Assembly (NCBI GenBank): GCA_013416795.1
Contig: RQSC01000750.1
Coordinates: 28,552 to 39,776 of the forward strand
Direction: 5' to 3'
From: Prasinococcaceae sp. CCMP 1430
Taxonomy: Eukaryota; Plantae; Prasinodermophyta
DNA length: 11,225 nt
Each line of letters begins with the position of its first letter. Position 1 is the first letter of the stretch. This document shows positions 1-6,252 of the stretch, piece by piece. The position numbers were made by a program, and so were the translations under genes. The notes beneath the pieces were generated by a model. That model saw only the letters and a list, made by a program, of their open reading frames with translations, made no database searches and was not told where the DNA came from.

Positions 1-2
1 CC

Positions 3-626
3 GCCGCCGCGGCGACCGCGGCCGCGGCCGACGACGTCGCGGCGCCGGCGCCGCTGGAGCAGAGCTACGAGTTCCACACGCCGGGGTCCGTGCAGGAGCC
101 CACGCCGACCCCTTCGGCCGACGTCGTGTTTCGCCACCAGACCGCTGAGGGCGCGGCCGCGTGGGAGGGCGTGAAGGTCACCCACATTGGCGATGGCCTT
201 GACACGCCCGTGCGCATGGCCGTCGTCATCGGCGAGTTCCACAACGTGCTCATGGACGACTGCCTCGACGATGCGCGGGCGTCGGCCGAGGCCGTGGGCG
301 CGAGCATCACCGACGTCACGTGGGTGCCTGGCACGTACGAGGCGCCGCTGGTCGTGCGCAACTACCTCCGACGGGACGACATCGACGCCGTCGTGGTGCT
401 GGGGTACATCGAGGCCGGCTCGACGCTCCACGGCGAGGAGATGGGTGCGACGTGCTCGCCCATCTTCAAGGGCCTCGAGCTGGAATTCGACAAACCCGTG
501 GGCATGGGCATCATCGGCCCGGGCGCCACCGCGGAGCAGGCCGCGCTGCGCGTCGCGTACGCGGGCAACGCGACGCGCGCCGCCGTGCGGCTCGCGCGCC
601 ACATGCGCTGCCTGCGCGAGGCGTGA
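3..626 (+). CDS. ribH: 6,7-dimethyl-8-ribityllumazine synthase (DMRL synthase), 5'-partial; archaeal/prokaryotic-like subtype
   Basis: The frame is open from the window edge (AAAATAAAADDVAAPAPLEQSYEF...), so GTG at 90 is probably not the true start. Family motifs: MAVVIGEFH (Phe22 equivalent), WVPGTYEAP, DAVVVLG, GSTLHGE (catalytic His88 equivalent), KPVGMGIIGPG, QAALR (Arg127 equivalent). Strong GC3 bias; stop TGA at 624-626. Confidence 0.93.
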   Translation, partial: AAAATAAAADDVAAPAPLEQSYEFHTPGSVQEPTPTPSADVVFRHQTAEGAAAWEGVKVTHIGDGLDTPVRMAVVIGEFHNVLMDDCLDDARASAEAVGASITDVTWVPGTYEAPLVVRNYLRRDDIDAVVVLGYIEAGSTLHGEEMGATCSPIFKGLELEFDKPVGMGIIGPGATAEQAALRVAYAGNATRAAVRLARHMRCLREA

Positions 627-1120
627 CGCGGCGGGCAGCCGTCGCCGTCGTAACCACCATTTGTTTGCTCTCGGATCCGTCCGCGACCGGATGCGTTTCG
701 ATGGCGCCCACCTCGCGCAGAAACCCGCCAAGAAAAAAAAATAAAAGTTGGCCTGCGTTGCCGACGGCGCTCTCGGGTGCCACACGCGGCGCGCGCGGCG
801 GCGGCGCGGGAACGCGCGGGGTCGTTGGGGACGCCGGCCTCAACCCCCAACGCCACCGGAACAAAACCCAAACCCCCTCGCGCGCCCACCGCCCTCGGAG
901 CGCTCCGCGTCGCATTCGTTCGTACGTGCACCTCAGACCCTTTATCCACGCGCATACCTCAAAACGCGCCGGCGCGGGCAGGCACCGTCCACATCCGCGC
1001 CCGCGCGTGCGCGCGCGCGCGGGGCGGAGATCAGATCGGGATCGGGCCCGGGGGCGGCGACGCGCGCGCGCGCGCGTTAGCGCGCGGCCGCGGCCATCAA
1101 AACGCAGGCCGCAAAACCCT

Positions 1121-1149
1121 GCGCGCGCGCGCGCGCGCGCGCGCGCGCG
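1121..1149. repeat. Perfect (GC)14 dinucleotide tract, with shorter (CG)n runs at ~1009-1020 and ~1061-1076
   Basis: Read directly: uninterrupted gc repeats from 1121 to 1148, then g. Confidence 0.95.
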
Positions 1150-1179
1150 GGCGCGAAGATCTCGCGTCTCGCCGCCGGG

Positions 1180-1670
1180 AGAATATCGCGGCGGTGAGCG
1201 GTTGAATCGATCAATATTCCGCGCAATCGATACATCATTGAGTACTCTACTCGCGCGTGGCGTGGAGAACGAATTCGAATCCGTGTCGGGCCACGGCGGG
1301 GGGCAATTTCGCAGAGATCCAGATCCACGCGCGCGTCGTCCCTCCTTTTTCTTTTTTCTTTTTCTTTTTTTTCGTCTCCCCCCGGGCGTTCGGCCCGTTT
1401 TTTTTTTTTCGCCCGCGTCGTCGAATGCGCCGGAACGTGCGTATTTCAAAAGGTCTTACGGCGTTATGGATGATCTCCCGTGGGTGTATATATATTTATT
1501 TTTACAATTTACAATGCTCCCAGGGCCAGCCGCCGCGCTTGCGAGCGAAGGGGTTTTACGGATTGACAAATGTCACAATTGCCGCGAAATATATAACAAA
1601 TTTGAATTATGAGAGACTACAGAAGATCATTTGAAATATGGCATAAAACGCGGGGTGCGAATATTTGCGA
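1180..1670. promoter_or_regulatory. AT-rich intergenic islands with promoter-like motifs and poly-T tracts
   Basis: Clear drop in GC. Contains AATTCGAATCC (1272-1282), AGATCCAGATCC (1315-1326), T-tracts (~1346-1409), a TATA-like run (~1487-1500) and a reverse-strand ACCCACGGGAGATCAT (1470-1485); these motifs recur in other intergenic islands. Confidence 0.4.
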
Positions 1671-1857
1671 GGCCATGGGTGGGCGTGTGGCCGTGTGCTC
1701 GGGGCGCGGTTGGGTGGATAGAACCCTCGCAGGCGCGGCGCGGGGGGGCGGGCGGCGCCACAGGGCCCCCCGGGAGCGCCCTCGGAGCCCCTCCCGACCG
1801 TCATGTCAGCCGCGTACACGCGCGCGAACTCCTTAGCGAGTGTGCGTCAATTTTCTT

Positions 1858-2412
1858 TGTAAGCGCTCGCGCTCGCGCTCACACCTGAACGCCCCGATAG
1901 GCAGTGCAGGAGCAGCTTAGGTACTGTCCGACACGTCAGGTCGTCCTATGCGTGGGTCCGAGATAGCTGGCACGTCAACGGGTCCCGTCTGGTAGACTGG
2001 TTCACTCGGTCACCTGTGGGGCAGGCGGGGAAGTGGTCGTCTGGCCGGCAGACTGGCTCACTCGGCGACCTGATGGGCGGGCGGGCAAATGTTGCTGTGT
2101 TGGTACTGTCGGACGATCGTTCCCAACGAGTTGATCATGTAGCGGCAGTGGTACGCGCGGTGCTGCAGCTGCTGCGATACCTGGCTCCACAGCAGATGCG
2201 CCCGCGCCCGCGCTGTGTTGTGGCAGTAACACTAAGGCGGTCGGCTCGGCGATGAGGTCGTTGGCGATATCACCGACGCTGAATTGGCTGCCAGGCTGGA
2301 GGTCAGGTTTCATGTGTCCCAGAAGGTGCAGGTGCCTGTAGTAATTGTGCGCGTTTGGGAGGCTGCTGTTGATCTCGCCGTGACTGATCAAATGCGCCGA
2401 CTCCGGCATCGG
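1858..2412. mobile_element. Possible fragment of a repetitive/transposable element abutting an ambiguous base or assembly gap
   Basis: Mostly lacks the CGCG-rich style of the flanks, carries internal degenerate direct repeats, could start at an LTR-like TGTAAG (1858) and ends at the N at 2413. No transposase, RT or integrase motif recognised. Confidence 0.25.
1991..2084 (+). repeat. Two degenerate 38-bp direct repeats (1991-2028 and 2047-2084), period 56 bp
   Basis: ggtagactggttcactcggtcacctgtggggcaggcgg vs ggcagactggctcactcggcgacctgatgggcgggcgg: 31/38 identical, ungapped. Confidence 0.85.
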
Positions 2413-2413
2413 N
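2413..2413. other. Ambiguous base N inside a G-run (possible contig junction)
   Basis: Sequence reads ggnggggggggg, and sequence style changes across it. Confidence 0.9.
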
Positions 2414-2485
2414 GGGGGGGGGAGTGCCCGGGGCTGGGGCAGCAGCTGCGCGCGCTCGCCTCTCGCGTCGCGGGGCGGGTGCGCG

Positions 2486-2893
2486 ATGGCGATGGCGGGC
2501 GGCGGGAAGCCGTCAGATCTGCCCCGCAGGATTGAGGCCGACGCGGCGGCGATGCTCGACAACTTCGCGGCAGCGCTCAAGTCGTCGGCGGTCGCAGGCA
2601 CGGCAGCAGAGAACGCGCAGCTGGGGCTGGCGGCACGCACCGCCGCGCTCAAGGTCGTCCACGCCGCGGAGGGCCTCACGGACGTGTGCGCAACCCTGCG
2701 CGCAGACATGGCGCTGCAGGACGCCGAGGGCATTTTCGCGCGTCTCGAGACTTCGCGCGGTGCGCTAGAGGCCGCCGAGCGCGGTGCTGAGCGCACCATT
2801 GATGACGTGCGCGTCGAGGCAGAAACGGCTCTGGCCGAGATGGAGGACTGGCTCGCGCGAAGCGGTGGCGGCGCGAAAGCTGGCTCTAGCTAG
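2486..2893 (+). CDS. MED22: Mediator of RNA polymerase II transcription subunit 22 (Srb6/Surf5 family)
   Basis: 135-aa helical protein. RRIEADAAAMLDNFAAALKSSAV...AALKVVHAAEGLTDVCATLR...ALAEMEDW parallels plant MED22 as I recall it (RVETDI..VVDNF..IV...ASRLVQAADSILKLVSELK...LKELE); size fits. Confidence 0.8.
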   Translation: MAMAGGGKPSDLPRRIEADAAAMLDNFAAALKSSAVAGTAAENAQLGLAARTAALKVVHAAEGLTDVCATLRADMALQDAEGIFARLETSRGALEAAERGAERTIDDVRVEAETALAEMEDWLARSGGGAKAGSS

Positions 2894-2980
2894 CTCTTGA
2901 GCTCTAGAGCCAGAGGTAGAACGTAGGCCGCAGGACTGTGCAGTTAGGTTAATAAGGATACCATTAGAGACTTACTCGCA

Positions 2981-3928
2981 CTACTGAAGCAGCGCCGCGT
3001 TCACCGTCACAGTCGGAGCGCCGTCGTCCGCTACGGCCATGCCCTCGGTGGTGGGGCCCGCCATGAGTTGCTCGGCATTGGCGCCTGATGGAGGGTTCGC
3101 TGCTTCAGGTTGGGATTTTCCCAGGGTCTCCACCTCCATGGGCGCTGGCTCCCCATCGTCCGCCGCGGTTGTGCCCAGGGGCACCGCCACCGGGGCCGCC
3201 GCTGCTGCAGGCTGTTGGTGCGAGACCGACTGCGGCGGCTGAAGCGGCGACGGCTGCGTCTGCTGAAGCTGCGACGGCTGCGACGGCTGCGGCTGCTGCG
3301 GCTGCGGCTGCGGCTGCGGCTGCTGCTGCTGCGGCGGCTGCGTCTGCTGTTCTCCGACACGCGCGGCGGTGTCTGCTTTGTCCTTCTCCCTGGCCTCCTC
3401 CTCGCGCTTTCTCTTCTTCTCCTCGCGGATGAGCCACTTTTGCATGTGGCTGCGCACCTGCGCCGATGTGCGCGTCCCCACGTGCTCAGCGATCCTCGGG
3501 AGATCCTTGCCGTATTTCTCGTACGCCTCGAGGAACAGCTCGTGCTCCGCATCCGTCCAGTATTTGACCTCGGCCTTTGGCTTGGCCTTCTTAGCAGATG
3601 CAGCCGCGGCCGCGGCGGCCTTGGTGGGGCCTGCGCCCGCGGCCGCAGCCTTGGCCTTGTGTTGCTTGTCGGCGATCGATGCCAGCCACAGGAGGTTTGT
3701 ATTGAGGCGCTTCTGGAAGGCCGCGCAGTCGGCAGTCTTGCACGCGCGCAGCGAGTCCACCACCGCGAGGATGAGGCACTGGTTTTCTTCCAGCACCGCC
3801 TGCACATATTCCGTCGTCAGGCCACCCGCCGGCAGCTTCGGCCCTGCTGGGGCGCGCTCCAGAGCCGCGAGCGCCGCCGCCACCGCCGCCGAGCCGTCCT
3901 TGCCCTTGTCTGTGTCCGTGCCGCTCAT
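2981..3928 (-). CDS. SSXT/SNH-domain (SS18/GIF-like) protein fused to a single SHAQKYF-class Myb/SANT domain, with a Q/P-rich tail
   Basis: LTTEYVQAVLEENQCLILAVVDSLRACKTADCAAFQKRLNTNLLWLASIAD matches the SSXT pattern (L.EN..LI..I......G...EC...Q..L..NL..LA..AD). YWTDAEHELFLEAYEKYGKDLPRIAEHVGTRTSAQVRSHMQKW matches the SHAQKYF Myb pattern. Single 315-aa ORF with no stop between the domains. Confidence 0.9.
   Translation of the reverse strand: MSGTDTDKGKDGSAAVAAALAALERAPAGPKLPAGGLTTEYVQAVLEENQCLILAVVDSLRACKTADCAAFQKRLNTNLLWLASIADKQHKAKAAAAGAGPTKAAAAAAASAKKAKPKAEVKYWTDAEHELFLEAYEKYGKDLPRIAEHVGTRTSAQVRSHMQKWLIREEKKRKREEEAREKDKADTAARVGEQQTQPPQQQQPQPQPQPQQPQPSQPSQLQQTQPSPLQPPQSVSHQQPAAAAAPVAVPLGTTAADDGEPAPMEVETLGKSQPEAANPPSGANAEQLMAGPTTEGMAVADDGAPTVTVNAALLQ
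3228..3350. repeat. Low-complexity (GGCTGC/GCT)n repeats encoding the Gln/Pro-rich tract of the SSXT-Myb protein
   Basis: ggctgc arrays translate on the - strand as QQTQPPQQQQPQPQPQPQQPQPSQPSQ. Confidence 0.85.
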
Positions 3929-4239
3929 GTTGGAGCGCCGCGCGATGGGGGCGGGGGCGGGGGAGGATTCGCCCCGCCAGCCCGCCCTCCAGCCGCACGC
4001 GCTTGGTGGCCCGCTCCTCCCAAACAGCCGAGCTCCGCCCCACCCTACTCAATGCACCGTCCAACCCCCCCAAAAATCCTCGCTCTGACGCCGGCGATCA
4101 CCCGCGCGACGCGCGCGCTGTGGCTGCGGCCGGCCCCCGCCCCCACCCCACGCCACCACGCCTCGGTCCTCGCGCGCGCCGCGCCGCGCCTGTGCGCCTC
4201 GGCCTCGAGCGGAACAAAGGAGTCCGCGCTCCGCTGGTA

Positions 4240-4360
4240 GAAACGAAGCTGTATATTACCCACGGGCGACTCGTCCATCGATTTTTTCGAAATTGTCGAT
4301 GAGAGACAAGTCTCATAAATGAACATTACAATTACCCACGGGCGATCATAGTTCACATCG
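4240..4360. promoter_or_regulatory. AT-rich putative bidirectional promoter with a perfect 15-bp direct repeat
   Basis: Lies between divergently oriented genes (SSXT-Myb on -, exonuclease on +). ATTACCCACGGGCGA at 4255-4269 and 4331-4345; TTCGAA at 4286; small inverted repeat ATGAGA-GACAAG-TCTCAT at 4299-4316. Confidence 0.55.
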
Positions 4361-4526
4361 CATGCGAGGGCGCCATCCGTTCCCGCCAGAACGCGCGCGA
4401 ATTCCCCCCGGTCCGCGCGGGCGCACGCACGCGGGCGCCGCCGCGCCACACGCCGCCGACGTGGCGGCGTGTGGCACCGCGCGGGCGCGCGCCCCACACC
4501 ACGCGGAGGCCGCCAGGGCTCGACTG

Positions 4527-4529
4527 CGC

Positions 4530-4561
<32 letters not shown>

Positions 4562-4613
4562 TGAGTACACGCACACACACACGCACACGCACACACACGC
4601 ACGCACACACACA
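4527..4613. repeat. Compound (CA)n/(CACG)n microsatellite
   Basis: Read directly; pure CA run at ~4535-4561 followed by interrupted CA/CG units. Confidence 0.95.
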
Positions 4614-4899
4614 GCCGCCGCCAGCCGCCGGCGCCGCCCCGGCCCGTTTTTTTTTTTTTTTACGTACGTACAGTAACCTTTCGCAGCGCCCTCTTTTTTT
4701 TCGGTCGCCGGAGGCCCACCCGAACTTGGAAAGAGCCCTCTTTTTTATTTTTTTATTTTTATTTTTAGAAGCTGTATTACAAAAAGCCGGAGGATGAAAG
4801 AGCCTTCGGTTTGGCCTGGTGCGCTTTTTTGCTCTGTGGGCGCTTTTCCCCCTCCTTTTTTTTTTTTTGCTTTTGGCGTTTTTTTGTTGGTGCTGGCAG

Positions 4900-6191
4900 C
4901 CGCCGCAGCCGCCGACGCGGGCCCGGGCGAGCGGGGTGCCGAGGGTGGAGGCATGCGCGGCCGAGGCCGACGCGTGGCTCGAGTCGGCGCTCGGCGCTGC
5001 TGAGGGGGGCGCGTCGGCGCGCAAGCGGCGGCGGCGTTCGCCGGCGGCAGAGACAGAGGCAGGCGCGGAGGGGGCGATGGGGCGGGCAGAAGCGCGCGTG
5101 CGCCACGCGCTCGCGCTCGACTGCGAGTGGGCCGCGCCGTGGCACCGCGCCCCCGGGCGGCCGGAGCGCATCGGCACCGTGCAGCTCTACCACCCCGAGG
5201 CGGGCGCGCTCGTGTACTCGCTCGCCGAGGCGGAGCGCCGCGCGCTCGCGCGGGACGGCGAGAGGGCGGACGCGGTGCCGGCGAGGCTCGCGGAGGTGCT
5301 GGCCAGGCGCGACGTGGCCATCGTGGGCGTGGCGATCTCGGGCGACGCCTCCCGCTGCGTGCGCGACATGCGGCTCGTCGGCGGGGCGGAGGCGCTGTAT
5401 GACTGCGGGGGGAGCGGCGGCCGCGGGCTGCAAGAGCTCGTCAAGCACCACCTGCCGCGCTGGGCGAAGGCAGGCGCCGCGGACAAGGGCAAGGACGCCG
5501 GCGTGCGCACCAGCGACTGGAATAGCTGGCCCCTCACGGACGCGCAGGTGACGTACGCCGCGATGGACGCCGCGCTGTCGTATAGCGTCTTCGCGGAGAT
5601 CGAGCCTCTGTTGAGCGCCATCGACGCCGAGCGGCTGCAGTCCGTTGAGGCGTTCGACGCGGCAGGCGTGGAAGAGGAGGGATCGGGGCCCGCGGGCGAA
5701 GAGAACGAGCCCGCGGCTGCCAACAAGGCGAGCGCCAACGCCAACTTTTTCATCGCCATGCGCAACAGGTCGATGGCGCCTCCCAACAAAGGCAGCAAAG
5801 GGCCGCCGCCGCGAGGCGACACCAAGGCGCTCGCCGGCATCAGCGTGCTCGTGACGGGCGTGCTCGACTCGATGTCGCGCGACGAGATGAAAGAGTACGT
5901 GGAGGCTCACGGCGGCAAGCTCGTCAAGTCCGTGACCAAGGCGCTGACCTACCTCGTCAACGACCACGGCGAGGTGAGCACGCGCGGGCGCGCCTGCGGG
6001 GTCAATGGTTGCGTCGCCGCGCGCGACTGCGCGCACGCGCGCCGGTGGTGGTGCCAGCGCTGACTGCATGGCTCGCGGGGCCCGCGCGCCTCCAGGTGGG
6101 GCCGTCCAAGCGCGCCAAGTGCGAGAAGATGGGCGTGCCGCTCGTCGGCGAGGACTTCATTTTCGGGCTCGTGGCCAAGTCCCTCAGATGA
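4900..6191 (+). CDS. DEDDy 3'-5' exonuclease (WRN-exo/EXD2-like) fused to a C-terminal RFC1-like BRCT domain; exons ~4900-5973 and 6096-6191; 5' end unresolved
   Basis: ExoI LALDCEW, ExoII VGVAISGDASR, ExoIII SDWNSWPLTDAQVTYAAMDA. BRCT: LAGISVLVTGVLDSMSRDEMKEYVEAHGGKLVKSVTKALTYLVNDHGE|VGPSKRAKCEKMGVPLVGEDFIFGLV, completed only by the 5974-6095 splice. The Phe-rich start of ORF 4819 is a T-rich tract ending in CAG (4897-4899), probably a splice acceptor; first in-frame ATG is at 5077. Confidence 0.85.
5974..6095 (+). other. Spliceosomal intron (122 nt, phase 0)
   Basis: GAG|GTGAGC donor, GCTGAC branch-like motif at 6059-6064, CTCCAG|GTG acceptor; removal completes the BRCT domain in frame. 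Confidence 0.88.
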
Positions 6192-6252
6192 AGCGCGATT
6201 GGAAATCTGCCAATTCAGGATGCCGTGGGTGACACTGTTTATACACGTGTTG

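Noticed and set aside
1262-1293. tRNA-like 3' end (TTCGAATCC...GGGCCA)
   Set aside because: No pairing T-stem, no matching 5' acceptor strand, and no D or anticodon arms.
320-1612. Long ORFs 320..1612 (+) and 511..1449 (-)
   Set aside because: Arg/Ala and poly-Phe/Lys translations of (CG)n and T-tracts; expected stop-poor frames in high-GC DNA.
890-1788. 12-mer CGCCCTCGGAGC at 890 and 1777 as element termini
   Set aside because: Also present inside coding sequence near 7482; plausible by chance at this GC content.
1991-2084. CRISPR-like repeat-spacer-repeat
   Set aside because: Only two degenerate units, an 18-bp spacer, no cas genes, eukaryotic context.
2002-2799. 265-aa minus-strand ORF
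   Set aside because: Antisense to MED22 and crosses the N, so probably chimeric; only the part left of the N was kept as a weak observation.
3110-6069. Antisense or shifted-frame ORFs (3110..4240, 4353..5177, 4777..6069 and others)
   Set aside because: Shadows of real high-GC3 genes or translations of microsatellites.
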